In this document: positions 12,830 to 26,189 of the stretch, in pieces | Layout of the letters: every line of letters starts with the position of its first letter | Numbering within the stretch: the stretch's first letter is position 1 | Assembly: GCF_020745735.1 (NCBI RefSeq) | Contig: NC_083417.1 | Coordinates: 17,112,001 to 17,176,000, forward strand | Direction: 5' to 3' | Origin: Hemiscyllium ocellatum | Lineage: Eukaryota | DNA: 64,000 bases | Notes under the pieces: generated by a model | Databases searched by the model: none | Seen by the model: only the letters and a program-made list of their open reading frames with translations | Told to the model about the DNA's origin: nothing | Position numbers and translations under genes: made by a program

Positions 12830-14245
12830 AGTTAGTTGAAGAGGTATTAGAAATCCTGCAGAGTGTGAAAATAGATAAGTCCCCTGGGCTGGATGGGTTT
12901 TATCCTAGGATCCTCTGGGAAGCCAGGGAGGAGACTGTCAAGCCTTTGGCATTGATCTTTAAATCGTCATTGTCTACAGGAATAGTGCTAGAAGACTGCA
13001 GTATATCAGATGTGGTTCCCCTATTCAAGAAGGGGAGTAGGGACAACCCTGGTAATTATAGACCAGTGAGCCTTACTTCAGTTGTTGGTAAAGTGTTGGA
13101 AAAGGTTATAAGAGATAGGATTTATAATCATCTAGAAAAGAATAATTTGATTAGGGATAGTCAGCACGATTTTGAGAAGGGTAGGTCATGCCTCACGAAT
13201 CTTATTGAGTTCTTTGAGAAGGTGACCAAACAGGTAGATGAGAGTAAACCGGTTGATGTGGTGTATATGGATTTCAGCAAGGCATTCAATAAGGTTCCCC
13301 ACAGTAGGCTATTGTACAAAATGCGGAGGAATGGGATTGTGGGAGATATAGCAGTTTGGATCAGTAATTGGCTTGCTGAAAGAAGACAGAAGTGGGGTTG
13401 ATGGGAAATGTTCATCCTAGAGTCCAGTTACTAGTGGTGTACTGCAAGGGTCAGTATTGGGTCCACTGCTGTTCGTCATTTTTATAAACGACCTGGATGA
13501 GGGCGTAGAAGGGTGGGTTAGTAAATTTGTAGATGACTCTAAGGTCAGTGGAGTTGTGGATAGTGACGAAGGATGTTGTAGGTTACAGAGAGACATAGAG
13601 AAGCTGCAGAGCTGGGCTGAGAGGTGGCAAGCAGACAAGTGTGAGGTGATTCACTTTGGTCAGAGTAACTGGAATGCAAAGTATTGGGCTAATGGTAAGA
13701 TTCTTGGCAGTGTAGATGAGCAGAGAGATCTCAGTGTCCATGTACACAGATCTTTGAAAGTTGCCACCCAGGTTGACAGGGTTGTTAAGAAGGCATACAG
13801 TGTTTTAGGTAAAAACAATGTCTGCAGATGCTGGAAACCAGGTTCTGGATTAGAGTGGTGCTGGAAAAACAGGAGCAGGAAAATCGACGTTTCGGGCGAA
13901 AGCCCTTCATCGGGAATACAGGCAGAGTGCCTGCCTGCAGGGTGGAGAGATAAATGAGAGGAGGATGGGGTGGGGAGAAAGTAGCATAGAGTACAATAGG
14001 TGAAGAGCTGTTCTGCAGTCATTGTTTTTACCTAGTTGATTTTAACCCTACTGCAAATCCTCTTGCAAGGACACCTGCCTTGAAGAAGTTTTCTTCCTCT
14101 CTCTACAAGAATCTCAGGGAATCCCTCTCCCACTGCAACTCCCAGGTCATTTCCTCTGCCCCTGAAGCTCTTCACCTATTGTATGCTATGCTGCAGCTGT
14201 ACAAAACTCTGATGTGGCCCCATTTGAAATATTGTGTACAGTTCT
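12830..14245 (+). mobile_element. CR1-clade LINE ORF2 (reverse transcriptase) remnant, interrupted by a Penelope-like insertion at ~13810-14175
   Basis: KSPGLDG..PRIL, NYRPVSLTSVVGK, VYMDFSKAFNKVPH, GPLLFVIFINDLD, KFVDD motifs with stops and frameshifts. Confidence 0.9.
13810..14175. mobile_element. Penelope-like element fragment (family A): inverted terminal-repeat portion plus adjacent forward segment
   Basis: Same terminal sequence as other family-A copies; hammerhead-like motif on minus at 13882-13917 with CCGAUGA core variant. Confidence 0.65.
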
Positions 14246-15451
14246 ATGTTCTAACTGTATTTTCTCATTTTTATTTGTCAAATGTATATTTGCACATGAG
14301 AAAGGAATGCCAAGCACTTGTAGTTTCTGCTATTGTTATTTTAAAGTTCTAGAATTGGTTGATCCCTTTATGGCCATTGATCACAGCAGAGTTTTAAAGG
14401 AAATTATGAATGAATTATATTTTCATAACACTTCTACTTACAAACCATTGGTAGTACAATGGCTTGTGATTCTGTACATGTTTATGAATTCAGGACTGAT
14501 GGACATGGGAATGTTATGATTTGGCATGGAAGATATGGGGGACTAAAGGAGGTACAGTAGATGGGCATGGCCTAACATGGAGGATAGGGGGATCTTTGGG
14601 GGTAGGTAGGAGAATATTTTTTGGCATGTATTGCGTGAGCAGCCATTGGGTGTGGATGGGCAGTATGAGTTAGTCCGGGGGCATAGGTTAAGAATTCTTG
14701 AAGTTATTTTTCAATGGTACCCTCTTCTAGACTCCCCTGAGGGGCTGTGGACCACAAGTTTTCAAAACATTGGTTTGACTCCAAGAAAAATGTGTGTGCT
14801 AGGATTTGGGTATTGTGCAATAGAACCAGCCAGTAGTGAGTGTTAGTAGTTGGTTCATTGCGAGCATGGTAGGACATTGGCATCTGACGGGAGACAACCA
14901 ATGGTGGAGTGATTTCAAATAAAGGTACAATACATCTCAGGGATACAACCCACAAATTTGTGTTAAATGGAGATAACTGAGGAATCTCTCAAAAAATTCA
15001 ATTTGACTACAAATGTGTTTGAGGTCAAAAATGAAAATTGATCATGTAAAAATGTGGTAAATGTCTTTATTTTTCAATTTCTTCAAATCTTGTCTTGGAT
15101 TAGCTTGGCAGGGCAATGAAAACTCTTGGGGGTCATATCTGGAAAACATCCAGAAATTTTCTTTATCTTCTTAGTGATTGCCTTCAAATAAGTGTGGGTC
15201 AGTACATCATCTTAACAAGTAAGTTAAACATGACCTTTGAGTATTTGTCATGAAATGTGAAAACCTGGAGACTTTATCACTTCACATTGGGAAAGAGGCA
15301 GGTGGGTAGGTTGATGTTCATTGGACTCTTCATGGTCACCAGCCTCCTCAGCTGAAACATGTACTGCAGTCATGATTGCTTTATCTATTAGTTCCTTTGA
15401 GCAGTATGATGTTTTCCATCAACTCTATGTTTCTGTAGTTGTTTCTTAAAG

Positions 15452-16655
15452 TTATAGAGACATGGAGATGTACAGCACGGAAACAGACCATTCAGTCCAA
15501 CTCGTCCATGCTGACCAGATATTCCAACCCAATCTAGTCCCATTTGCCAGTACCCGGCCCATATCCCTCCAAACCCTTCCTATTCATACACCCATCCAGA
15601 TGCCTTTTAACCGTTGCAATTGTACCAGCCTCCACCACTTTCTCTGGCAGCTCATTCCATACACATACCACCCTCTGCACGAAAATGTTTCCCCTTAGGT
15701 CTCCTTTATATCTTTCCCCTCTCATCCTAAACCTATGCCCTCTTGTTCTGGACTCCCCCACCCCAGGGAAAAAACTTTGTTTGTTTATCCTATCCATGCC
15801 CCTCATGATTTTATAAATCTATATAAAGTTCAACTCTCAGCCTTTGATGCTCCAGAAAAACAGCTCCAGCCTGTTCAGCCTCTCCATACAGCTCAAATCC
15901 TCCAACCCTGGCAACATCCTTGTAAACCTTTTCTGAACCCTTTCAAGTTTCACAACATCCTTCTGATAGGAAGGAGACCAGAATTGCACACAATATTCCA
16001 AAAGTGGCCTAACCAATGTCCTGTACAGCTGCGACATGATCTCCTACCTCCTGTCCTCAATACTCTGACCAATACAGGAAAGCATACCAAAGACCTCTTC
16101 ACTATCCTAACTATCTGCGACTCTGCTTTCAACGAGCTATGAACCTGCACTCCAAGGTCTCTTTGTTCCGCAACACTCCCTCAGACCTTACCATTAAGTG
16201 TATAAGTCCTGCTAAGACTTGCTTTCCCAAAGTGCAACGCCTTGCATTTATCTAAATTAAACTACACCTGCCACTTCTCAACCCATTGGCCCATGTGATC
16301 AAGATCGCATTGTAATCTGAGGTAGCCTTCTTTGCTGTCCACTACACCTCCAATTTTGGTGTCATCTGCAAACTTACTAACTGTACCTCTTATGCTCACA
16401 TCCAAATCATTTATATAAATGACAGAAAGTAATGGACCCAGCACCGATCCTTGTGGCACTCCACTGGTCACAGGCCTCCAGACTGGAAAACAACCCTCCA
16501 CCACCCTCTGTCTTCTACCTTTGAGCCAGTTCTGTATCCAAATAGCAAGTTCTTGCTGTATTCCATGAGATCTAACCTTTCTGATCAGTTTCTTACGGGG
16601 AACCTTGTCAAATGCCTTGCTGTACTCCATATAGATCACGTCCACTGCTCTGCCT
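15452..16655 (-). mobile_element. CR1-clade LINE 3' portion
   Basis: SKAFDKVP, GVPQGSVLGP, KFADDTK, LYRTLVRPLLEYCVQFWSP motifs and 3' tail on minus. Confidence 0.92.
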
Positions 16656-16659
16656 GGAA

Positions 16660-17195
16660 TTTCCATGCTATCCTTTTCCAGATGAGCAAAAACAACTTCA
16701 CCATTGAGTTGGTTGGTCTCATCCTGCACTACCGTGTTCTTGGTATTTGTGCATTTGTCGCCTCTTTGAACCCAGAAGCAGTAGGCAATTGTAGCTTCCA
16801 TCACTGTCTTCCATGCCTTCTTCATGAGCAGTTGGGTTGCACCTTTTTGATGGCCTTGGTCACCTGAAAGACCAGCTGCCTACAGCAGTAGAGCAAGCCT
16901 TTTTGTCTTCACTTCACTTTATCTCCAATCAATGGCTTTATTAATCTCCTCTCAGGTTGAGCCAGAATGTCTGAACATTCTGTCAGACTGATCTTGATGT
17001 CAAATGATGCTTGACTGGTTTTCTTTTCACTTTGGTGGGCAAAATTCCCATTAGGCTGCATGGCCACAAGGAGAGAACACACATGCTGATTGACATGCAG
17101 GTGATGGAAGACACTAACACACGTGGACCTGCATAGCACTCAAAAAAATTAGAGGGCACATAGCTAATATGGCATAACTCCATTCTGAATGGTAG
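16660..17195 (-). mobile_element. Possible degraded pogo/Tigger-like DDE transposase remnant
   Basis: Minus-strand peptides MQP..GI and KAWKTVMEATIAYCF resemble the QP.D.GII and AW..V...TI.NCF blocks of Tigger transposases; heavily frameshifted. Confidence 0.4.
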
Positions 17196-17212
17196 GTGCT
17201 GTCATCAGAAAA

Positions 17213-17448
17213 GAGATAAATACAATGACTGCAGATGCTGGAAACCAGATTCTGGATCAGTGGTGCTGGAAGAGCACAGCAGTTCAGGCAGCATCCAACG
17301 AGCAGCGAAATTGACGTTTCGGGCAAAAGCCCTTCATCAGGAATAAAACTTTATTTCTGATGAAGGGCTTTTGCCCGAAACGTCGATTTCGCTGCTCGTT
17401 GGATGCTGCCTGAACTGCTGTGCTCTTCCAGCACCTCTGATCCAGAAT
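17213..17448. mobile_element. Fold-back Penelope-like element (family A) with ~100-bp inverted arms and a hammerhead motif on plus at 17353-17388
   Basis: 14-bp direct repeat ctgtcatcagaaaa at 17199-17212 and 17449-17462; ctgatga-a-gggc(tttt)gccc-gaaac-gtc. Confidence 0.85.
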
Positions 17449-17896
17449 CTGTCATCAGAAAAACATGCTTGAATTTGGCTAATCTGAAGTTACCAGTTTG
17501 AATTATCAGTCCTGGCCATCATTCTATTGGATTTATTATAATTCTGGTAGGAATGACAACTTCTCCCCAACTACCATTCCAGCTTATCTGAATTTGATTG
17601 TCAATTTACAGTGAAATCACGAATGCTCAAGCATCAGTTTTGGAGGCTTACAGCACTGGAGAAAATGACAGAGAAGACAAGGTGGCAAGGCATGTTCTAA
17701 CAAGGAGGAGCATTTTAACATTAAGGTTTTGATGAATCAGGAGCAGTGTAAATAAATGAGCACACAGTGGTGGTGGATGGGCAGGTGATTCATTGGTGAA
17801 CAAGATTGGGTGCAAGTTACAACACAGGCATTTCAGGTGATCTTAAATTCAAAGAGGATTGCGTGTGAGAAGCTGCCTAGATATATATTGGAATAG

Positions 17897-18089
17897 GTGA
17901 AAGTGAGGACTGCAGATGCTGGAGAGTAGAGTCCAGAATGTGGTGCTGGAAAAGCACAGCAGGTCAGGCAGCATCCGAGGGATAGGAAAATTGATGTTTC
18001 GGGCAAAAGCTTTCCCTGAAACATCGATTTTCCTGCTCCTCGGATGCTGCGTGACTTGCTGTGCTTTTCCAGCACCACACGCTTGATAC
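17897..18089. mobile_element. Fold-back Penelope-like element (family A), ribozyme core deleted at the centre
   Basis: Direct repeat attggaatag at 17887-17896 and 18090-18099; inverted arms. Confidence 0.8.
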
Positions 18090-18849
18090 ATTGGAATAGA
18101 CTCATTTCTAAATCCCTTCTGTCACAGAGGCACTCAACCCCATCTGTATCTCTTGAATGTCGTGATCTTTCCATATAGAAATTCTCTTATCCTCTAAACC
18201 TATATTAACTCTCTCCCCTTTCCCTCAACCTCTTTGATATTATCTTGCCTCTCTTCTCTACCAATTCAGTTGCTTTGTTTTATATCAGCCATTTTGCTAA
18301 GTCATGCTGGCACTTTTTCACCAGCTCCATCACAGTTTTTCACTCTTTTTAGTCAAGTGTAGCATGTCCTTCCTCATAACCAGGGGCAGCCAAACATTTA
18401 ATCTTCCCCCAATTCCATTTTTAAAAATTCTCTGAATGTTTCTTTTCTTTCCAAACATCATCCCTATCTCTTCCATTCTTATTCAATCGCTCACACTGCA
18501 TTCCATTGTCTCCTCTTTTACTGCCACTTATTTACCCCACATTCGCCTCCTGTCTAATAAAGGTCATGATTGAGAACGTCTACAGTCTTAAAACTTGTCC
18601 TTGAACATTTAGACTAAAATGTAATGTTGAATTAAGGAACACATTTGCTGAACACTAGAAAATAGACAGGCAGGTAGGCTCAGAAAAAAGGGGGGATCCC
18701 AAGTTATGCAGAAGATAAAGACACTGGTCATACTCCTGCTCTCCATTTGTTAATACACTTGAACACCTGAACATTTGATAGCACTTACTGTTTACAAGAT
18801 TCAGCTCTCGCTCTGAGTGGACTCGTCATTCACTCACTGAAGTGCACTC

Positions 18850-19560
18850 TTGGAACTCCTTTTAGGGTTCATTGGATATGCAAAAACAAAGCCTACCCAT
18901 ATTTATCCAATGACTGGTATGGACAGTGTGCCCTCGTACACATCTTACCACTTTTCACCCTCCACCACAAATTACCTTAAGTAGGTGACGAATGGAACGC
19001 CCACCAACATGTAAATCAGTACGGAGCCAAAGGTTGAGGAAAAGCAAAACGGACTTACATAACATCTTCCATCAACACACCTAGTGGTCTAGATTGCTGG
19101 GAGACCTTATTCCTGCCTGAGGTGTTGAGATGGCCCTAGATCAGATAACTGACCTTGCGTAAGACATAGAAAAACTTGCCAACTTGACTGCCCATGCTCT
19201 CAAGCTGGTGAACAAAGAGTTACAGGAGACCCGGATGATGACGCTTCAGAATCGACTAGTGCTAGATTTCCTCCTTGCCAGAGAAGGAGGTGCTCATTCA
19301 GTCATTGTTTCATCTACATTAATGATTTCTCAAAAGACATTTTGGATGACACAGATGTTATCAACAAAGCGGGTCAAGATGCAGGGAAGATACCTGCCCT
19401 ATCATGTGGATGGAGTTTTACTTGCTGGCTATGGTCGCTGTGTGGATGGACATATGGGACGTATTGATAGTCTTTGGTCTCATCCAAGGAATATATATTA
19501 TCGTCCACTTATAAATGAAATGGACCATACATTGCTTTTTGCCAAAGCCATAGAGGAATC
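18850..19560 (+). pseudogene. env: Retroviral env remnant (class I, gamma/epsilon-like): SU C-terminus and TM ectodomain
   Basis: WICKNKAYPYLSNDWYGQCAL; basic cleavage-like KAKR; heptad region; immunosuppressive domain LQNRLVLDFLLAREGG (19244-19291); CFIYIND after a frameshift; several stops. Confidence 0.85.
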
Positions 19561-19830
19561 TGGTTAATCGACCCTTGTCTACCCCTGTACCTCCATGCCT
19601 GAACTTTCATGCTGAAATTCAGTATCTTTCAGACTCTGAGAGAAGATGACTCACCAGAGGAGGCACTTGACTTATTGAGAATACAAAATGACTGAACTGA
19701 CTAATTATATTTATATAAGCCAAGTGGTTGTCATGAAATGACAAAAGGAGGGAATGAGAAAGTCTATAGCCTTAAGGGAGGCAGGGAGGCTCAGAAAAAG
19801 GGGAACCCAAGTTATGCAGAAGATAAAAAC

Positions 19831-21360
19831 ATCTCTGTGGAAGCTAGAGAAGTGATTGCTGGGCCTCTTGCTGAGATATTTGTATCATCGATAGTCACAG
19901 GTGAGGTGCTGGAAGACTGGAGGTTGGCAAACGTGGTGCCACTGTTTAAGAAGGGCGGTAAAGACAAGCCAGGGATCTACAGACCGGTGAGCCTGACCTC
20001 AGTGGTGGGCAAGTTGTTGGAGGGAATCCTGAGGGACAGGATGTACACGTATATGGAAAGGCAAGGACTGATTAGGGATAGTCAACATGGCTTTGTGCAT
20101 AGGAAATCATGTCTGACAAACTCGATTGAGTTTTTTGAAGAAGTAACAAGGCAGATTGATGAGGGCAGAGCAGTAGATGTGATCTATATGGACTTCAGTA
20201 AGGCATTCGACAAGGTTGCCTATGGGAGTCTGATTAGCAAGGTTATATCTCATGGAATAAAGGGAGAACTAGCCATTTGGATACAGAACTGTCTCAAAGT
20301 TAGAAGACAGAGGGTGGTGGTGGAGGGTTGTTTTTCAGACTGGGTGCCTGTGACCAGTGGAGTACCACAATGATCAATGCTGGGTTCTCTTTTTTTGTCA
20401 TTTACATAAATGATTTGGATGCGAGCATAAGAGGTACAGTTAGTAAGTTTGCAGATGACACCAAAATTGGAGGTGTAGTGGACAGTGAAGAGAGTTACCT
20501 CAGATTACAACAGGATCTGGACCAGTTGGGCCAATGGGCTGAGAAATGGCAGATGAAGTTTAATTCAGATAAATGCGAGGTGCTGCATTTTGGGAAAGCA
20601 AATCTTAGCAGGACTTATACGCTTAATGGTAGGTCCTAGGGAGTGTTGCTGATCAAAGAGACCTGGGAGTGCAGGTTCATAGCTCCTTGAAAGTGGAGTC
20701 ACAGGTAGATAGGATAGTGAAGAAGGCGTTTGGTATGCTTTCCTTTATTGGTCAGAGTATTGAGTACAGGAGTTGGGAGGTCATGTTGCGGCTGTACAGG
20801 ACATTGGTTAGCCCACTGTTGGAATATTGCGTACAATTCTGGTCTCCTTCCTATCGGAAAGATGTTGTGAAACTTGAAAGGGTTCAGAAAAGATTTACAA
20901 GGATGTTGCCAAGGTTGGAGGATTTGTGCTATATGGAGAGGCTGAACAGGCTGGAGCTGTTTTCCCTGGAGCGTCGGAGGTTGAGGGGTGACCTTATAGA
21001 GGCTTACAAAATTATGAAGGACATGGATAAATAGACAAAATCTTTTCCTTGGAGTCGGGGAGTCCAGAACTAGAGGGCATAGGTTTAGGGTGAGAGGGGA
21101 AAGATATGAAAGAGACCTAAGGGGCAACTTTTTCACACAGAGGGTGGTACGTGTATGGAATGAGCTGCCAGAGGAAGTGGTGGAGGCTGGTACAATTGCA
21201 ACATTTAAAAGGCATTTGGATGGGTATATGAATAGGAAGAGTTTGGAGGGATATGGGCTGGATTCTGGCAGGTGGGACTAGATTGGGATGGGATATCTGG
21301 TCGGCATGGACAGGTTGGACCAAAGGGTCTGTGTCTATGCTGTACATCTCTATGACTCTA
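19831..21360 (+). mobile_element. 5'-truncated CR1-clade LINE inserted in the ERV 3' LTR
   Basis: Near-continuous RT motifs (YRPVSLTSVVGK, YMDFSKAFDKV, KFADDTK, LYRTLV.PLLEYCVQFWSP) and tctatgactcta tail. Confidence 0.93.
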
Positions 21361-24264
21361 TCTGTGCTCACCAAGTGATAACAGGATGCTCTAAGGCAAT
21401 TAAGAACATTTGCCTTAACATCAGTGAATCTGTGTAAACAGGACACCGAGTAATAACATTCATGGCTGTTCCCTTGTGAAATTTATGACGGAGTTTGATT
21501 CTGATCTCGAAACGAAACTTGGTACTATCAAAAGCTGTGTAATTAATGGTCAAGTCCTATAAATTATAACGGATTCTTATTACCCCTTGTAAGCTAGGCT
21601 GAAACAGAGGAAAACACATCTTTGCTTTTATAAGTCCTTGACTTGAGAGTTCAAAAGGAATGAGAGAGAGAGAGAGAGAGTGAGAGAGAGAGATCATTTT
21701 AGTAACTGGGGCTGCCAGCAAAAAAAAACTCTTTATGCTTATCTGCTATGGATTGAACTTAATTACATTTTTGAGATTTTATGATGATTTTGTGTTGCTA
21801 TTACTGGTTATGAAATGCAAACTCTGTAAAAAGTAATATTGATGAAGCTTTAACTTACTTGCTGAGCTTGCAGACCATCCTACAGGCTGCCCCACTATCA
21901 ATTCTAACTAGTCAGATCTTATGTCTTATTTGAATTTGAATCACAACCCCAAAAAGAAAGCATGTTTAATTCACGATTAATGAATCAGTTTAAATACAAC
22001 CTTAGAGTAACATCTCAGCCTCAGGCACAGATGATTCTGTGCTTAAGAGTAAAAGCAGGAGTCTGACCTAGCTCAAAAAATATTCTAAACCCAACATTGA
22101 AGAGATTCTGGCACAATGTGTCTGGAAGTCATTTTATGTTCAAAACTTTTGATCTCCTTGCTAAGAAGCCGTTTTGTAAAAGATTGTATCTGACATGTGA
22201 GATGTGCAAGGTTACCTTATGAACTCTCCAATTAGCTCAGACTGGTACCTCGTTATGATACTAACTTATCTCAACAGGCGCCTAACAGCTGGATTTGTTT
22301 ATCCCACCTGATGAATGGCTTAGGGCCTGTAGATGTGATTAGTCGAGCGTACACAGACCTGTCAATTAACTTCTCTTCCTTACGAATTGTTGTCTTTCAC
22401 TGTTGTCTGCCTAATTAAGAACATGCAATGCTTTTGTAAACTTTTTGTATAAAGGAAGACACTTTGTGTCAGTACATCGGAGTAGCCTGCTGGGCTCTTG
22501 AAGAGCTGGTGCCCTACTCTTCTGGGTTTTTAGAACCTACTTAGTTTAGCTTATAGGTATCAGTGTTATGTTGTAATAGTGATGCTATTGGTAAATAAAG
22601 GGGATGACTAAAATTAAACTAAACTGTCTGTAAGAGTTTTCTATTCCAGACTATCAATGAGAACTATCTCCAGGATGACCAAAGAGAGGCTTACAGGTTG
22701 AGTCCATAAGGGATTCCTTGGGTCATCTCAAATCTGTACTTCAACATAATCTTGTCCCAACTGCGCTTCCAGCACTAATGGCTCATACACGTTGTCGATG
22801 AGGGGTTGGTTTACTCACAATATTGTTCCCATCTCCATCTGTCAGCTTCTCACTAATCTAGTCATTAGATATGGGTTTTGTGATGGGGGCTGGGCTAGCA
22901 TTTGTTACCCATCCTTAATTACCCTGGAACTTGCTCAGGCAATTTCGGAGTCAGACAAATTACTTTGGGTCTGGAGTCACATGCATAGGAAGGATATCAG
23001 ATTTTCTTCCCTAAAAGGCATTAGTGAACCAATTGGTAATAATTTAATGGGCATCACAATTGAGACCAACTTTATATTGCAGGTTTTTTGAATAGCAGTG
23101 ACAGAATTTTATACTTGTGTCTGGAGAACATGAGCCTGGGACTCCTGGATTAGTTCAATGATATTGCTGCTACGCCACCAAACCCTCTCCCCCCATCCAA
23201 AAGAAGTAATTACTGTAAAATTAATCAAGGCGTGGGAACCAATCGATTTAATACTAATTCCATATCTGAGGCTTCAAAGTAAATCCTAACCTTTTTTATA
23301 AGTGGAAAGCTGTGAATGGAACACAGTTCTCTGGGAGAACATCTTTTTATCACAGCATAATGACAGACTCATTGTAGCTCAGTTCTCTTTAAACTTCTGC
23401 CAAGTATTTCCTGAAATGTGGCAAACAATCCTTGGAAACTAAATAAAAGAATCCAGTTTCCAGAATTGATATCCCTCACAAAAACAGATGCGCTAATGAA
23501 CTCAGCTAGTTAGTGTAACCCTGTAGACATCCCAGAGGTTTTAGTAATTAGATTGCTCTCATCAAATTAGATATATAATGAATCACAAATATCCCATCAA
23601 AGCAGCCCAATTAAGACACTGTTGTCCAGTGATATTTACACTCTGGCTTAAAACATTTGTCTCCACATCATATTTCAACTCTGGCCAAGTAATTGCTTCA
23701 CAGACATGACACATCTGGAGAGACTACCTCACTAATTTCAGTACTTGACATCTCTGGATTTAGAATATTTATTCGGATATGCTCCAATGAGGTGAAAGTG
23801 ATGCAACATAAAAGAAACATATGACCAAGTGTTGCTTCAAGAAGGCTGAGCAAAATTGAAGTCAATGGAAATGTGGGCAAAATTATCCAATTGTCAGGTC
23901 AGACATAGCACAAAGGAAGATCGTTGTGATTGTTGAAAGTCATTTATTCCAACCCCAAGTCATCGTTCCTCACAGAAGCGTACCATGCCCAAATATCTTC
24001 AGCTGCATTACCCATGACCCCCTCTCCAATGTAATGTTATTTGATAATTACACAATGTTATGTAACATTTGTGAATCTTCAGATACTGGAGCAATATACT
24101 GAACCGAGATGCAGCAAGACCTGGACAACATTCAGGCTTGGATCAACATGTGACAAATAATATTCACACCGCACAAGAGACAGGCAATGACTGTCTCTTA
24201 TACAGAAAATCTACCATGTATTGCATATTGCATTGAGCCTAGAGACAATCCTTTGGCAGCACTA

Positions 24265-24780
24265 AGATAGAGTCATACAGCATGGGAACAGAACCTTTGG
24301 ACCAACTCGTCTGCGCCAACCAGATTTCCCAATCTGACCTAGTCCCATTTGCCAGCATTTGGTCATATCCCTCTAAATTATTTCTGTTCATGTACAAAAT
24401 GTTGTAATTATATCCATCTCCAACATCTCCTCTTGCAGCTCGTTCCATACAGGCACCACCCTCTGCATGAAAAAGTTACCCCCTCAGTCCTTTTCAAATC
24501 TTTCCCCTCTCACCTTAAATCTATGCCCTTCAGTTTTGGACTCTGACACATAGGAAAAAGACCTTGGCTATTCGCCCTATCCATGCCCCTCATGATTTTA
24601 TAAACCTTTATAAGGTCACCTCTCAGCCTCCAACACTTGAGGGGAAAGATGCCCCAGCCTATTCAGCCTTTCTCTATAACTAAAACTTTCCAACCCTGGC
24701 AACATCCCTGTACATATTTTCTGCACACTCTCAAGTTTAACAATGTCCTCCCTGTAGCAGGGCAACCGGAATTATACAGA
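24265..24780 (-). mobile_element. CR1-clade LINE 3' fragment
   Basis: Same 3' sequence as the copies at 15452 and 41385. Confidence 0.85.
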
Positions 24781-26189
24781 ACGATGGGTCACACTGGGCA
24801 AACTGTTTCATCAGGGAAAATTCATCACCCACTCTCTGTGTGACAGCAGACAAGAAATGAGTGCTGGATTCAGTGCTTAAGGATTCCCTGTTCAGTCAGC
24901 CTCCAACATGAGTTGGTTCTCCAGTCTCTGTCTCAATTCAACACAAACTTACTTTCAACAGAGGTACGGGGAAAGATGCAATTGGATACTGGCCCTGTGG
25001 GGTTCAGTTAAAACTCATTGTTAGGAAACTGATTGTTTCTCCCACTGTTCCTTTATAATTTGATTTGTTGTTGTCACATGTACCTACGTACAGTGAAAGG
25101 TTTTATTTTGTGTGTAGTAGAGGCAGATCATAACACAAGAACATATAGATCAAGAACATATAGATTAAACAGAGATTTAAGAGAATATTGTTAGTAATTT
25201 TTACAGACATAGAATTGAGATTTAATAGTGCTACCGATTAAAGAAATGTGGAAATAAGAACTGTTGTAGACAGCACGCAAAGAGTTGCCTGGTGTTGACA
25301 CCATCTTGAATCCAAGAATGGTTGAAGAGACTATGTGAGTGTCGTTCATTGCTGTCTCTGAGTCAGCCCCAATGAACACAATAAATACAGTCTGTACTGT
25401 TACTGCAATCTACTGGTTTTTAAACCATTCTGTCAGTTTAATACTACAGCATAAAACTGTGTCAGGGTACAAACAAATCAGCCTCAGACTCATTACTGAG
25501 ACTTTGGTATTAATCACACTAATGAGGGAGAGCTGGCCGGGCTTCAGTCAAGCAGATAGATCTGTCCTTCTTCTCTGAACTCTGTGCTCAAGGTCCTGCT
25601 TCTGCAATAGTTATTCCTAAGTTACGTGGCCGATGTATTCAAAATACTTATTTTTATGTGTTTTCTCTTTCAAAGTTCCATAAATTTTGATTCCTACCCA
25701 AGGACCCTTGTGACTCTAAGACCATCCATCCAAGGGTTGTATAGAAAAGATACATCTGTCTCACTGTCCTACCTTCTTTCTTTAATTTAGAAATCTTGAT
25801 AACCACAAAGGTCAAGAAGCGTTGGGCAGCCCCTAATCACCAAATTCCTGCTTAATGAGCAGTGCTTGGCTCTGTTGTTCACAGCAATTGTTCCTCTGAA
25901 GTTGGCCACTTTTTCCCATCAACATTGTAGATTCTTAGCGGTTCACCATTCTGGTACAGTGTAGGAATTAAGATGCAACAATACAGTTATATTTCACCCT
26001 TTTTATCCCATCAGCGTCCACATATGTATTCACCATTGCTGGTCTGACCCATTCCTTTCATGAGTCAATGCTTACATAGTTTTCATACACAGTATTAATC
26101 ATTACATTTTACAACATCTGCACTCAACTCCATACATTGTCACAGTAATTTAATTGACTCTTGGTCTGTCTTAACCATATAACCATCCT

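Larger units (their letters stand above)
18571..22730 (+). mobile_element. Internally deleted endogenous retrovirus: 5' LTR fragment, env remnant, PPT, ~1.45-kb 3' LTR split by a CR1 insertion
   Basis: LTR starts tgagaacgtctacagtcttaa (18571) and tgagaaagtctatagccttaa (19755) share ggctcagaaaaa...cccaagttatgcagaagataaa; PPT aaaaggagggaa abuts 19755; TATAAA 22448, AATAAA 22594; end ...tctca (22730) is the inverted match to tgaga. Confidence 0.8.

Noticed and set aside
19184-19567. env ORF as a domesticated syncytin-like gene
   Set aside because: No signal peptide or full SU, in-frame stops upstream, and a frameshift destroying the CX6CC region
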